A DNA stretch of 64,000 bases from assembly GCA_902801795.1 (NCBI GenBank), contig CADCJQ010000003.1, positions 20,129 to 84,128 on the forward strand, given 5' to 3'. How positions within the stretch are numbered: the first letter of the stretch is position 1; every line of letters starts with the position of its first letter. The DNA comes from an uncultured Erysipelotrichaceae bacterium. GTDB taxonomy: Bacteria > Bacillota_I > Bacilli_A > RF39 > UBA660. Below the pieces are notes generated by a model. It made no database searches, was not told the DNA's origin, and worked only from the letters and a program-made list of their open reading frames with translations. Position numbers and translations under genes: made by a program. Of this stretch, positions 42,701-53,642 are shown piece by piece.

Positions 42701-43801
42701 ATGGAAAGAATAAAAGAATTGGCTAGAATTATTGTCAATCATAGTTTAAAAGTTAAAGAAAATGAAAAAGTATTGATTTCTTACCAAGGTATTGAAAGTA
42801 TGCCTTTAGTTAAAGAAATTGTAAAAGAAGTAATAAAGGTTAATGGTGTTGTGGAAACAGATTACCAAAATCAAGATATCGATAATTATATAAGAGAGAA
42901 TCTTAATGATAGTATTATTCTTAATAAAGTAAATAAGTTAAAATATGAAGTAGAAAATTATGATTGTTTTGTAAAACTATGTTATCGTAAGAGTGATTAT
43001 TATGATAAAAACATTAATAAAGAAATGCAAAATAAATTAATGGACAGCATGAAAGAATATAAAGAAATGCAAGTTAATAAAAGACGTTGGGTGCTTCTTA
43101 ATTATCCATCAATTGTTGATAGTAATAAAGCCCGTATGACCCCAGAAGAATTTTATGAATTTGCACTTTCAACGATGACAGTTGATTATGATAAAATGTA
43201 TCATGATATGTTACCACTTAAAGAATTAATGGAAAAAACAGATAAAGTAAGAATAGTTGCGCCTAATACGGATATTAGTTTTAGTATTAAAGGACTTCCA
43301 GCAATTATTTGTGCAGGTGAAGCTAATATACCTGATGGTGAATGTTTTACAGCACCTATTAAAAATAGTGTTAATGGAACAATTACTTATAATGTACCAA
43401 GTCCATATCATGGGGAAATCTTTGAAAATGTTAGTCTTACTTTTAAAGATGGACAAATTGTTAAAGCAAGTTCAAATCATAATGACAAATTAAAAGAAAT
43501 CTTTAGTACTGATGAAGGGGCAAGATATGTTGGAGAGTTTTCTTTAGGACTTAATCCTGTAATTATGGAACCAATGGGTGATATTTTATATGATGAAAAA
43601 ATCGCTGGTAGTATTCATTTTACCCCAGGTTGTTGTTATGATGAATGTGATAATGGTAATAAATCTAATATTCATTGGGACATGGTATTAATTCAAAGAC
43701 CAGAATATGGTGGTGGAGAAATATATTTTGATGATGTTTTAATTAGAAAAGATGGATTATTTGTTTTACCGGAACTTGAAGCATTAAACTATAAAAAATA
43801 A
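42701..43801 (+). CDS. M29-family aminopeptidase (AmpS/PepS-like)
   Basis: N-terminus MERIKELARIIVNHSLKVKENEKVLI and overall size (366 aa) match the thermophilic-aminopeptidase M29 family. Confidence 0.55.
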   Translation: MERIKELARIIVNHSLKVKENEKVLISYQGIESMPLVKEIVKEVIKVNGVVETDYQNQDIDNYIRENLNDSIILNKVNKLKYEVENYDCFVKLCYRKSDYYDKNINKEMQNKLMDSMKEYKEMQVNKRRWVLLNYPSIVDSNKARMTPEEFYEFALSTMTVDYDKMYHDMLPLKELMEKTDKVRIVAPNTDISFSIKGLPAIICAGEANIPDGECFTAPIKNSVNGTITYNVPSPYHGEIFENVSLTFKDGQIVKASSNHNDKLKEIFSTDEGARYVGEFSLGLNPVIMEPMGDILYDEKIAGSIHFTPGCCYDECDNGNKSNIHWDMVLIQRPEYGGGEIYFDDVLIRKDGLFVLPELEALNYKK

Positions 43802-43828
43802 AATATTTTGTAAAATAATGTCAAGAGA

Positions 43829-43916
43829 AAAAAATGTTCTTGACATTTTATTGCATTTTTTTAGTAGAAAGATTATAATAAAAACAAGGAGTAGAAAGAA
43901 TGAAAAAGGAAGAAAT
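43829..43916 (+). repeat. duplicated promoter/5' UTR module, copy 1 (TTGCAT-17-TATAAT with overlapping palindrome)
   Basis: aaaaatgttcttgacattttattgcatttttttagtagaaagattataataaaaacaaggagtagaaagaatg is repeated almost identically at 44579-44666. Confidence 0.7.
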
Positions 43917-44538
43917 AAAAATTGATGAAAAAAAGCGTAGTTGTAGCAAAATGCTAATGATATTAATGGTAGTTTGTGTATTATTGTCACTAGCAACGTT
44001 AGGAATTGTTGCTTATGATAAATATATTAGAAGTGATGATTTAGAGCATCCTATTTTAAAACCAATATCAGGTAATAAGGAAGATGCAAAAGATAAATCT
44101 AATAATGATATTACTTACGTTAATAATTTAAGTAATTTTGCTATTACTGATGTAAACCAAAGTGTTAAATTAGGTAATCGTGAATATAAAGTTAAAACTG
44201 GAAGTCAAGACAAGGAAGATTATGTTTTATTTATTAATGATAAAGTAATTTCCAAGGATAATAATTTTGTTCATGCTGATCAAGTTTTTGTAACAGATAA
44301 ATATGCATTATTTACAAGTGCGGGACAATATGGTCTATCCATTGTTTATGCTATTGATAATGAAGGAAATGAACTAACTATTAAAAATGATAATCAAATC
44401 CAAATGAATAGTTTAAAAATAGTTTCAGGTATTTTACATGCTACTGGGAATAAAGTATGTTTTGAAAACTGTGAACCTGAACATGATATTATGGTTTTAT
44501 ATTTTGGTAATAGTTTAATTATTACTTTTGCTAATTAG
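43900..44538 (+). CDS. membrane-anchored protein of unknown function, paralog A
   Basis: N-terminal TM. Conserved block RSDDLEHPILKPISGNKEDA...DITYV...AITDVNQSVKLGNREYKVKTGSQD...YVLFINDK shared with the downstream paralog. Confidence 0.5.
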   Translation: MKKEEIKIDEKKRSCSKMLMILMVVCVLLSLATLGIVAYDKYIRSDDLEHPILKPISGNKEDAKDKSNNDITYVNNLSNFAITDVNQSVKLGNREYKVKTGSQDKEDYVLFINDKVISKDNNFVHADQVFVTDKYALFTSAGQYGLSIVYAIDNEGNELTIKNDNQIQMNSLKIVSGILHATGNKVCFENCEPEHDIMVLYFGNSLIITFAN

Positions 44539-44578
44539 AAGAGGGAAACCTTTTCTTTTTGTAACACTACACAAGATA

Positions 44579-44666
44579 AAAAAATGTTCTTGACATTTTA
44601 TTGTATTTTTTTAGTAGAAAGATTATAATAAAAACAAGGAGTAGAAAGAATGAAAAAGGAAGAAAG
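44579..44666 (+). repeat. duplicated promoter/5' UTR module, copy 2
   Basis: Near-identical to 43829-43916 (one C/T difference in the spacer). Confidence 0.7.
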
Positions 44667-45309
44667 TAAAAGTCGTAGTAAAATATTAGTTATATTGATG
44701 ATTATTTGTGTAGTTTTATCTATTATAACATTAGGAATTGTTGTTTATGATAAGTTTATTCGAAGTGATGATTTAGAACATCCTCTTTTAAAACCAATAT
44801 CAGGTAGTAAGGAAGATGCAAATAATAAATGTGATAATGATATTACATATGTTGAAGAATTAAAAGACATTGCAATTACAGATGTAAACCAAAGTGTTAA
44901 GTTAGGTAATCGTGAATTTAAAGTTAAAACTGGAAGTCAAGATAATCAAGATTATGTTTTATTTATTAATGACAAGTCAGTATCTAAAGATAATAAATTT
45001 ATTTATGCTGATAAAGCATATGTAACAGATAAATATGTACTATTTACAAGTACTATTGCTTATAGTTTTGAACAAAAAATTTCATATGCAATTGATATTG
45101 AAGGAAAAGAAATAAATGTTAAAGGTGTTAATCTTTCTTCTTTTGGGGGATTTGTACTGCAAGAAATTGATACTATTGATGGTATTTTACATGCTTCTAT
45201 AAGAAGTATTCAGGATCCTAATCAATGCGCATCTAAGATAGAATTCGGCGATATTATGTTTTTATATATTGGTAATACTTTATTTATTACATTAGTTGAT
45301 TATCGATAA
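44650..45309 (+). CDS. membrane-anchored protein of unknown function, paralog B (tandem duplicate)
   Basis: About 55-60% identical to 43900..44538 over the whole length, judged by eye. Same signal-anchor. Confidence 0.5.
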   Translation: MKKEESKSRSKILVILMIICVVLSIITLGIVVYDKFIRSDDLEHPLLKPISGSKEDANNKCDNDITYVEELKDIAITDVNQSVKLGNREFKVKTGSQDNQDYVLFINDKSVSKDNKFIYADKAYVTDKYVLFTSTIAYSFEQKISYAIDIEGKEINVKGVNLSSFGGFVLQEIDTIDGILHASIRSIQDPNQCASKIEFGDIMFLYIGNTLFITLVDYR

Positions 45310-45415
45310 TTGGCTGATTAAAAAATAGAAAAGGAAGTCATAAAAGAAAGACCTTTTCTTTTTTTATTGTTTTTTTATAATAATTAGTGTATATTATAAT
45401 TGTAGGAGATGTAAA

Positions 45416-46171
45416 ATGAATAATTGTGAAAAAAGACATCAAGTATTAAATATTATTGTGATAATAATTATTGCATTAGTTAGTTTTAAAATAAACTTTT
45501 TTAAAGATGAAAAAGCATCTATAAAAATAGATAGGGTTATTAAAGCTAGTGGGAAATGTTATATTCCTAATTGTAGAGAGTATAGGTGTCAGTCAGATAC
45601 GTGTTGTCAGTGTCAATATTGTGATATGGGTACAACGTGCTATGCATGTGCAGAAGATTGGGTATTTGGAAGAAATGGCTGTGAGCTTAAAAAGTGTTAC
45701 GTTAAGAGAGGAAATGGCACTGAAAATGAGTATTATTATGGAGTATCTTCCGATGTCTTTCCGGAAGAAGTACCTGTAGATTCTGAAGATAAATGTGATG
45801 AACAAAGATTATGTTATAAGGTATTGAAAGATAATAGATATGTATTTGGAAAATATGCTGGACAGCAAGGATATGAGTATGTTGGTACCGAATGCCCATC
45901 CCCTGCATGTTATAAGGATGTAAATGGAAATTATCGTTGGACAGATACACCTAATCAAGGAGAAACCAAAGTATTTGAAATCATGAATCAAAATGATTGT
46001 GTTACTTCTCAAAAAAGTACTGCTGAAAGTGATGAAAATAATAAAGGTAATAATATTCTTTTATTTGTTATTGGTGCAGTTGTTATAGCGATTGGTGCTA
46101 TATTAATAATCTTTAAATCTAAAGATAGTAATAACAATGATTATAATAATATGAGAAATTATTTTAATTAG
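45416..46171 (+). CDS. cysteine-rich extracytoplasmic protein with N-terminal signal-anchor and C-terminal TM
   Basis: More than 20 Cys in clusters (CYIPNCREYRCQSDTCCQCQYCDMGTTCYACAED...). C-terminal LLFVIGAVVIAIGAILIIF helix. Locally elevated GC. Confidence 0.45.
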   Translation: MNNCEKRHQVLNIIVIIIIALVSFKINFFKDEKASIKIDRVIKASGKCYIPNCREYRCQSDTCCQCQYCDMGTTCYACAEDWVFGRNGCELKKCYVKRGNGTENEYYYGVSSDVFPEEVPVDSEDKCDEQRLCYKVLKDNRYVFGKYAGQQGYEYVGTECPSPACYKDVNGNYRWTDTPNQGETKVFEIMNQNDCVTSQKSTAESDENNKGNNILLFVIGAVVIAIGAILIIFKSKDSNNNDYNNMRNYFN

Positions 46172-46190
46172 AATAATTGAGGTGAATAAT

Positions 46191-47054
46191 ATGAGAAGTA
46201 AATATGCTAGAAGAGTAAAAGAATATAATGGGATGAATCAAATTTCGATTGATTTAAAGCCTAATAGAAGTGTTAGTGATGTTTATATTAATCAAAAAAT
46301 GAATGTTACGAAACTGATGAAATATTTAGAGAAAAAGAAAGAAAAAGGAGAATACGTAACTTTCTTTCATGCTATAGTAGCTGCCGTTGGGAAAGTATTT
46401 TATAATCGACCTTATTTAAATCGTTTTGTGCAAAATAGACATCTATTTGAACATAAGTATGTGGATATTTCTTTTGTTGCTAAAGTTGCTTTTGATGATA
46501 AATCAGAAGAAATGATGATTATCATAAGAATTGATGAAAATGATAATGTTAATACTATTAGTAAAAAAATATATGATAAAGTAAATCGAATAAGAAATAA
46601 TAGTAACGAAGATATTAATAAAAAGGGAGCCAATCATGCTATCGATGTTTTAGGACATCTTCCTAATATAATACGTATACCAATAGTTGGAATACTTAAA
46701 TGGACTGATAAAAAAGGCATTCTTCCAAGTTCTATTTGTGAAGATAATCTATATTATAGTAGTATTATTTTATCCAATTTAGGAACATTTCATTCAAGTG
46801 CTATTTTTCATAATATCAATGATTTTGGTAATGCATCGGCTTTAGCAACCATTGGAGAAGCGAAAGATGAAGAAATAATTGTTAATGGTAAAAAAGAAAT
46901 ACAAAAATTATGTGAGTTTGGGATTAATTTAGATGAGAGAATCGCCGATGGATTTTATTTTGTTAAATCAATTCAATTGTTACAATATGTTTTTGATCAT
47001 CCAGAACTACTTGAAGAAGAAGCATCTAAAAAAATAGAAATTGATAAAATGTAA
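46191..47054 (+). CDS. 2-oxoacid dehydrogenase E2-type acyltransferase catalytic-domain protein (stand-alone; active-site His replaced: DERIADG)
   Basis: Overall pattern of the E2 catalytic (CAT-like) domain, ending with the ...DERIADGFYF motif in place of DHRxxDG. No lipoyl domain. Confidence 0.4.
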   Translation: MRSKYARRVKEYNGMNQISIDLKPNRSVSDVYINQKMNVTKLMKYLEKKKEKGEYVTFFHAIVAAVGKVFYNRPYLNRFVQNRHLFEHKYVDISFVAKVAFDDKSEEMMIIIRIDENDNVNTISKKIYDKVNRIRNNSNEDINKKGANHAIDVLGHLPNIIRIPIVGILKWTDKKGILPSSICEDNLYYSSIILSNLGTFHSSAIFHNINDFGNASALATIGEAKDEEIIVNGKKEIQKLCEFGINLDERIADGFYFVKSIQLLQYVFDHPELLEEEASKKIEIDKM

Positions 47055-47164
47055 ACTAAAGTAAAATTAAAGTGTCAAATATGATGCTTTTTTTTAATAA
47101 AAAATATTGTGATAAAGATTAATGAATGATATAATTAAAGAGAATTAAGTAAGTGAGGCTAAAT

Positions 47165-49318
47165 ATGAAAGAAGAATTATTTAACAATATCATTGATTTA
47201 TTAAAAGAAAACAATTCCTTAGATTTTATTGAAATAACAAATAAATTAGGTTATGGTAAAGACATGGATACTATGATTGCCGAAGTACTTACCGAAATGG
47301 TTAATAAATATGATTTATCATTATCGAAAAAAGGACGTTATATGTTATTTCAAAATAATGAAAAAAATAAAGATGTATATAAAGGAAAATATCTTGATAC
47401 GAAAGGAACCGCCGGTTTTGTAGAAGTTGAAGGAATGGATGATATCTATATTCATGGAAGTAAATCCAAAGGAGCAATGGAAGGAGATACTGTTTTAGTT
47501 CATTTAGTAAAAAGAGCCAAAGATGATCGTAAAGCTGAAGGAGAAATTTTTGAAATAATTAAAAGAGAAGTTAATAATAAAGTAGGTGAAGTATATCATT
47601 TTAAAAAGAAAATCATGGTTTCTTTAGATGATAAAAGATACAAAAAATTAATTTATTTAGATAATACAAATGAAACCAGAAGATTAGTTGATGGTGATAA
47701 AATAGTTATTTCTTTTACTAGTAATGAAAAAGATAAAGATTATGTTAAAGCAAGATTTGTTAAAAGATTAGGTCATATAAATGATCCTGGGATTGATATT
47801 TTATCCATTATTGCGGATCATGAAATTGATGTTGATTTTAGTGAAGAATCAATAAAAGAATTAGAAAATCTTGATACAGAAGTCAAGAAAAAAGATTTAA
47901 CGGGTTTAAAAGACTTAAGAGATAAAATGATTTTTACCATTGATGGTGATGATACCAAAGATATTGATGATGCTATAAGTGTCGATAAATTAGAAAATGG
48001 TAATTATTTATTAGGGGTTCATATTGCCCATGTATCACATTATATTAAAGAAAATTCTAGTTTAGATTTAGATGCTAGAAGTAGAGGAACAAGTGTTTAT
48101 TTAGTTGATCGTGTTATTCCCATGTTTCCTCATCAAATATCCAATGGTATATGTTCCCTAAATCCAGGTGTTGATAGGATAACGATGAGTTGTGAAATGG
48201 AAATTGATGCCAATGGTAAACTTATTAAATATGATATCTTTCCTAGTGTTATAAACTCAAGAATACAAATGACTTATAAAAAAGTTAATGAAATATTAGA
48301 AAATAATAAAATACCAGAAGGATATGAAGAATATGCTGATACTTTAAAATTAATGAACGAACTTGCACATATTATTCGTAAAGAAAGAACTCTTCGAGGA
48401 GCAATTGATTTTGATACGGATGAACCTAAAATTTTAGTAGATGAAAATGGTGTTCCGTATGATATAATATTACATGATCGTGGTGAAGGTGAAAGATTAA
48501 TTGAAGACTTTATGGTAAGAGCGAATGAAACAGTAGCCTCACATTTCTTCTTTATGGAATTACCAAGTATTTACCGTGTTCATGGTGAACCTAAGGAAGA
48601 AAGGTTAATTAAGTTTTTAAATATTATTGGTGCTTTAGGTTTGAATATTAAAGCTGATATTAAAAAAATGAGTCCTAAAGTAATTCAAAAATTAGTTAAT
48701 GAACTAAAAAAACATGATGAATTTAAAGTTCTTGCCACAAAACTATTAAGTTCAATGGATAAAGCTATTTATAGTCCAGATAATATTGGACATTTTGCTT
48801 TAGCTTCTAAAATATATACCCATTTTACATCACCCATAAGAAGATACCCGGATTTAATGATCCATCGTCTTCTTGATGAATATTTTTTCTCTAATGATGG
48901 TGTAACAGATGAAAAGATAAGACATTACATTGAAATACTTCCTGATATTACTGAAAGAAGTAGTGAAAGAGAAAGAAATAGTGAAGATTGTGAACGTGAT
49001 GTTGATGATATGAAAATGGCTGAATATATGGAAAAACATCTAAATGAAGAATTTGAGGGAATGGTTTCTGGTGTTACTAATTTTGGATTATTTGTGCAAC
49101 TTGATAATTTAATTGAAGGATTAGTACCTATGGAAAACTTAGGTGATAACTATGATTATGATAAGAATACAGAAACTTTAAAAGTAGGTAATAAATTATA
49201 TAAATTAGGAGATAAATTAAAAGTTAAAGTAATTCGTGCTGATAAAGATAGTAGTGAAATAGATTTTGATATTGTAGAAAGAGTTGATAGTAGTGAAAAA
49301 AATAAGAAAAAAGACTAA
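47165..49318 (+). CDS. rnr: ribonuclease R (RNB-family 3'-5' exoribonuclease)
   Basis: FTIDGDDTKDIDDAISV and HFALASKIYTHFTSPIRRYPDLMIHR RNB motifs. C-terminal S1 domain and a basic tail. Confidence 0.9.
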   Translation: MKEELFNNIIDLLKENNSLDFIEITNKLGYGKDMDTMIAEVLTEMVNKYDLSLSKKGRYMLFQNNEKNKDVYKGKYLDTKGTAGFVEVEGMDDIYIHGSKSKGAMEGDTVLVHLVKRAKDDRKAEGEIFEIIKREVNNKVGEVYHFKKKIMVSLDDKRYKKLIYLDNTNETRRLVDGDKIVISFTSNEKDKDYVKARFVKRLGHINDPGIDILSIIADHEIDVDFSEESIKELENLDTEVKKKDLTGLKDLRDKMIFTIDGDDTKDIDDAISVDKLENGNYLLGVHIAHVSHYIKENSSLDLDARSRGTSVYLVDRVIPMFPHQISNGICSLNPGVDRITMSCEMEIDANGKLIKYDIFPSVINSRIQMTYKKVNEILENNKIPEGYEEYADTLKLMNELAHIIRKERTLRGAIDFDTDEPKILVDENGVPYDIILHDRGEGERLIEDFMVRANETVASHFFFMELPSIYRVHGEPKEERLIKFLNIIGALGLNIKADIKKMSPKVIQKLVNELKKHDEFKVLATKLLSSMDKAIYSPDNIGHFALASKIYTHFTSPIRRYPDLMIHRLLDEYFFSNDGVTDEKIRHYIEILPDITERSSERERNSEDCERDVDDMKMAEYMEKHLNEEFEGMVSGVTNFGLFVQLDNLIEGLVPMENLGDNYDYDKNTETLKVGNKLYKLGDKLKVKVIRADKDSSEIDFDIVERVDSSEKNKKKD

Positions 49319-50453
49319 GAATTTTTTCGTTATTGTTCTTTTATGTGTATTATCAGGAATAATAGGTTTTTATATTCAAAGAAAACAAAATTATGTTAAT
49401 GAATATGTTGATGTTGCTTATAAAACTATTAATACTGAAGTAGTGGAGAAAGCATCTTTAGTTATGGTAGGCGATGCCTTAATTCATATGCCACTTAATT
49501 ATGCAATGAAAACAAGTAATGGTTATGATTTTAGTCCAATTTTTAAAAAATTAAAAGATAAAATTGGTAGTTATGATTTAGCTTATTATAATCAAGAAAC
49601 GATTCTTGGAGGAACAGAACTAGGGTTATATGGTTATCCTCAATTTAATTCTCCTCAAGAAGTAGGGGATGCATTCTTGGATGTTGGCTTTAATTTAGTT
49701 AGTTTAGCAACTAATCATACAATGGATAACTATTATCGTACTGGTGGAAAAAATATCACGAATTCCGTAAATTATTGGAAAAGTAAAAGTGATAAAGTTA
49801 TTGCCGCCGGTAGTTATTTATCTGAAGAAGATCGTAATGAAGTAATTATTAAAGAGGTTAATGGTATTAAATATGCTTTATTATCTTATACAGAACAAAC
49901 TAATGGTATCTCTGTTCCTAGTGGTAAATCATATTTGTGTAATGTATATAATAAAGATAAGGTTAAAGAAGATGTTTTAAAATATCGTGATAAAGTTGAT
50001 GTTTTAATGGTAGCGATGCATTGGGGAGAAGAATATACGAATACCCCAACAAGTGGAGAACTTGAAAAAGCTAAATATTTAGCAAGTTTAGGTGTTGATA
50101 TTATTATTGGGTGTCATCCTCATGTCATGCAACCAATGGATTATATCGGAGACACATTAGTTATTTATTCCTTAGGTAATTTTGTATCTAATCAAAGTGG
50201 TTATAATAAACAAACAGGTTTAATGGCATCATGTAATATTGTTAAAAGAACTTTTCATGGAAAAACCAAAGTATCGATTGAAGATGCGGAAGCCGAATTT
50301 GTTTATACAAATAAAAATGATAAATATACCGTATATCCATATAGTGAACTAAATAATAATATTTTATATAACTATAAATCATATTTTGAATTTTTTAAAA
50401 AAGTTATCCACAAATATAGTGATAAAGTAATTGTTAAAGAATTATCTAACTAG
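49284..50453 (+). CDS. CapA/PGA_cap-family metallophosphatase-like protein
   Basis: N-terminal TM. LVMVGDALIH...GCHPHVMQP...SLGNFVS motifs typical of CapA. Confidence 0.6.
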   Translation: MIVVKKIRKKTKNFFVIVLLCVLSGIIGFYIQRKQNYVNEYVDVAYKTINTEVVEKASLVMVGDALIHMPLNYAMKTSNGYDFSPIFKKLKDKIGSYDLAYYNQETILGGTELGLYGYPQFNSPQEVGDAFLDVGFNLVSLATNHTMDNYYRTGGKNITNSVNYWKSKSDKVIAAGSYLSEEDRNEVIIKEVNGIKYALLSYTEQTNGISVPSGKSYLCNVYNKDKVKEDVLKYRDKVDVLMVAMHWGEEYTNTPTSGELEKAKYLASLGVDIIIGCHPHVMQPMDYIGDTLVIYSLGNFVSNQSGYNKQTGLMASCNIVKRTFHGKTKVSIEDAEAEFVYTNKNDKYTVYPYSELNNNILYNYKSYFEFFKKVIHKYSDKVIVKELSN

Positions 50454-50528
50454 ATAGTTCTTTATTATTTGACAATCTATTTATCACTTGGTAGAATTAT
50501 TATTGAAAAAACGAAAGAAGATGAGAAA

Positions 50529-50972
50529 ATGGAAATATTAAATAGAGAAGCCAAATATCGATATTTTATTCTTGATGAAATAGAATGTGGTATTGCTCTT
50601 GTGGGAACAGAAATTAAATCAATTAGAGATGGTAAATGTAATATTAAAGATAGTTATGCAATTATAAGAAATAATGAAGTAATGGTTCTTAATATGCATA
50701 TAAATGAATATAAAGAAGGTAATATCTTTAATCATGATCCTAAAAGAACAAGAAAACTTTTATTACACAAAAGTGAAATAAGAAAATTAAAAAATCATGT
50801 TGAACAAGAAGGATGTACTTTAGTACCATTAAAAGTTTATTTTGTAAAGAATAAAGCTAAAGTGTTATTAGGTTTATGTAAAGGTAAGAAAACGTTTGAT
50901 AAAAGAGAAACTATTAAGCAAAGAGAATTAGCAAGAGAAGCAAGTAAATTACATAAATATAATTATAAATAG
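50529..50972 (+). CDS. smpB: SsrA-binding protein SmpB
   Basis: NREAKYRYFILDEIECGIALVGTEIKSIR...RKLLLHKSEIRKL matches the SmpB signature. Confidence 0.85.
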   Translation: MEILNREAKYRYFILDEIECGIALVGTEIKSIRDGKCNIKDSYAIIRNNEVMVLNMHINEYKEGNIFNHDPKRTRKLLLHKSEIRKLKNHVEQEGCTLVPLKVYFVKNKAKVLLGLCKGKKTFDKRETIKQRELAREASKLHKYNYK

Positions 50973-50989
50973 AAAAAAATATCAAAAAA

Positions 50990-51098
50990 ACTTGATTTTT
51001 ATTAAGAATTAGCGTATAGTATTCATGTTACTGATTCGCAGTTAGTGGATTCCTCGTCCTTAACTTCGTTTTGGTGAATAAATAATAAGGAGGAAATT
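50990..51098 (+). promoter_or_regulatory. rpsO 5' leader (likely autoregulatory structure)
   Basis: Promoter CTTGAT...TATAGT followed by paired segments (tcgcagttagtgga / tcctcgtccttaacttcg) before the rpsO RBS AGGAGG. Confidence 0.35.
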
Positions 51099-51368
51099 AT
51101 GGCTTTAACTAAAGATGAAAAAACAAGTATCATTAATGATTTTAGATTAGATGAAAATGATACAGGTTCTGTTGAAGTACAAGTTGCTTTATTAACTAAG
51201 AGAATCAATGATTTAAATGAACATTTAAAAGTTCATCAACATGATTATCATTCAAATCGTGGACTACTTAAAATGGTAGGTCAAAGAAAGAGTTTACTTA
51301 ATTATTTAGCAAAAGAAGATGTACAAAGATACAGAGCATTAGTTCAAAAATTAGGATTAAGAAAATAG
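51099..51368 (+). CDS. rpsO: 30S ribosomal protein S15
   Basis: [44 protein letters not shown]...[10 protein letters not shown] is a canonical S15 sequence. Confidence 0.9.
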   Translation: MALTKDEKTSIINDFRLDENDTGSVEVQVALLTKRINDLNEHLKVHQHDYHSNRGLLKMVGQRKSLLNYLAKEDVQRYRALVQKLGLRK

Positions 51369-51478
51369 GCACTTGTATTAAGTGTCTTTATTTTTAGAAA
51401 AAAGACTTTCAAAAATAAAAAAAGTATAGTATAATAATAAACGTTTAGAAAAACTTATAGAATTAAGGATGTGATTTA

Positions 51479-53617
51479 ATGAAAAAAGTATTTGAAAAAG
51501 AATTTCGTGGAAGAAAAATAGTAGTAGAACATGGAGAACTAGCTAAACAAGCTCATGGAGCAGTATTAGTTCGTTATGGAGATACTGTTATTTTATCAAC
51601 GGCTGTTGTTAGTAAAACAGCTAATATTTTATCTGATTTCTTTCCATTAATGGTTTTATATCAAGAGAAATTATATTCTGTTGGTAAGATACCTGGTGGA
51701 TTTATTAAAAGAGAAGGAAGACCAACTGATGCGGCAACACTTGCGGCTCGTATGATTGATAGACCAATGCGTCCAATGTTTCCAGAAAACTTCCGTAATG
51801 AAGTACAAGTTGTTAATACTGTTTTATCTGTTGATACAGATAATTCACCAGAATTAACAGCCATGTTTGGATCAAGTCTTGCAACATGTATTAGTAAAAT
51901 ACCATTTGATGGACCAATCGCTGGTGTTAAAGTAGGACGTGTTAATGGAGAATTTATTATTAATCCTACACCAGATGAATTAGAAAATAGTGATTTAGAT
52001 TTAACAGTAGCAGGTACAAAATATGCTATTAATATGGTAGAAGCTGGTGCTAAAGAAGTATCTGAAAGTGATATGTTAGAGGCTTTAATGTTTGGTCATG
52101 AAGCAGTTAAGGAACTATGTGAATTCCAAGAAGAAATTATTAAGGAAATTGGTCAAGAAAAAATGGAATATGAACATATTGAACTTGATGATGATTTAGT
52201 AAATGAAATAACAGAACTTGCTAGTGATAAATTAGACAAGGCAATGCGTATTCATGAAAAACTTGAAAAGTATGCTGCTATTGATGCTGTTAAAGAAGAA
52301 GTAGTTAAGAAATATGAAGAAGAAAATAAAGATAAATTAACTGATGAAGAATTAACATTACTTTTAACTAAAGTAAAATTAATTCTAGAAAATATTGAAT
52401 ATGATATTTTTAGAAGTATAACAGTTAATGAAAAAACAAGAAGTGATGGAAGAAGTATGACAGAGATTCGTCCTTTGTCAACGGCAATTGATTTATTACC
52501 AAGAACTCATGGATCAGCTCTATTTACAAGAGGTGAAACTCAAGCTCTTGCAGTAACTACATTAGGTGCTATTAATGAAAACCAAATTCTTGATGGATTA
52601 AGCCTTGAAACAGAAAAACGCTTTATGTTACATTACAATTTCCCAGCATTTTCTGTTGGAGAAACGGGTCGTTATGGAAGTCCTGGAAGAAGAGAAATTG
52701 GTCATGGTGCTTTAGGTGAAAGATGTCTAGCTCAAGTTATGCCTAGTGAAGAAGAATTCCCTTATACTGTTCGTGTTGTATCAGAAATTCTTGAAAGTAA
52801 TGGTTCATCATCACAAGCTACTATTTGTGCTGGATGTATGAGTTTAATGGCTGCTGGTGTTCCATTAAAGGCTCCAGTTGCAGGTATTGCCATGGGACTT
52901 ATTACTTCTAAAGATGGTAAAGATTATACAATCCTTACAGATATTCAAGGAATGGAAGATCATTTAGGAGATATGGACTTTAAAGTTGGAGGAACTAGAA
53001 AAGGTATTTGTTCCCTTCAAATGGATATTAAAATTAAAGGAATTACAAAACAAATCTTAAAAGAAGCCTTAGCCCAAGCTCATGATGCTCGTCAAGAAAT
53101 TCTTGATGTTATGGAAAAACAAATTAAGGAACCAAGAAAAGAAGTATCACAATATGCTCCTAAGATGGAAACATTTATGATAAATCCTGATAAAATCAAA
53201 GATGTTATTGGTAAAGGTGGCGATATGATTACTAAAATCATTTGCGAAACAAGTAATGTTGAGACAGTTAATGATGTTCGTGCTGTTAAGATTGAACTTG
53301 AAGATGATGGTCGTGTAATGATTTATCATATGGATAGAGAAGTAATTAATAAAGCTGCAGAATGGATAAAGAATTTAGCAAGAGAAGTTGAAGAAGGTCA
53401 AATCTATCCTGCTAAAGTTGTTAAGATAGAAAACTTTGGATGTTTTGTTGAAGTATGGCCTGGATGTGAAGGCTTAGTACATATTTCTAAACTTGCTAAA
53501 GAACGTGTTGAAAAAGTTGAAGATGTTGTTAAACTAGGGGATGAAATCTTAGTTAAAGCAATTGGTGTCGATAATAAAGGAAGACTTAACTTTTCAAGAC
53601 GTGATGCATTAAAATAA
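51479..53617 (+). CDS. pnp: polynucleotide phosphorylase (PNPase)
   Basis: Two RNase PH domains ([15 protein letters not shown]), then KH and S1 domains. 712 aa. Conserved rpsO-pnp synteny. Confidence 0.95.
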   Translation: MKKVFEKEFRGRKIVVEHGELAKQAHGAVLVRYGDTVILSTAVVSKTANILSDFFPLMVLYQEKLYSVGKIPGGFIKREGRPTDAATLAARMIDRPMRPMFPENFRNEVQVVNTVLSVDTDNSPELTAMFGSSLATCISKIPFDGPIAGVKVGRVNGEFIINPTPDELENSDLDLTVAGTKYAINMVEAGAKEVSESDMLEALMFGHEAVKELCEFQEEIIKEIGQEKMEYEHIELDDDLVNEITELASDKLDKAMRIHEKLEKYAAIDAVKEEVVKKYEEENKDKLTDEELTLLLTKVKLILENIEYDIFRSITVNEKTRSDGRSMTEIRPLSTAIDLLPRTHGSALFTRGETQALAVTTLGAINENQILDGLSLETEKRFMLHYNFPAFSVGETGRYGSPGRREIGHGALGERCLAQVMPSEEEFPYTVRVVSEILESNGSSSQATICAGCMSLMAAGVPLKAPVAGIAMGLITSKDGKDYTILTDIQGMEDHLGDMDFKVGGTRKGICSLQMDIKIKGITKQILKEALAQAHDARQEILDVMEKQIKEPRKEVSQYAPKMETFMINPDKIKDVIGKGGDMITKIICETSNVETVNDVRAVKIELEDDGRVMIYHMDREVINKAAEWIKNLAREVEEGQIYPAKVVKIENFGCFVEVWPGCEGLVHISKLAKERVEKVEDVVKLGDEILVKAIGVDNKGRLNFSRRDALK

Positions 53618-53642
53618 TATTTAAGGGATTATTCCCTTTTAT

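Noticed and set aside
45549-46012. Four overlapping ORFs on both strands inside the Cys-rich protein gene
   Set aside because: Region is locally GC-richer, so stops are rare in all frames. The long + frame with signal-anchor and Cys clusters is the coherent gene.
50973-51098. Looked for tmRNA (ssrA) next to smpB
   Set aside because: No tRNA-like 3' end (..GGTTCGA..CCACCA), resume-codon or tag peptide ORF in the smpB-rpsO intergenic region. The sequence instead fits an rpsO leader. ssrA must lie elsewhere.
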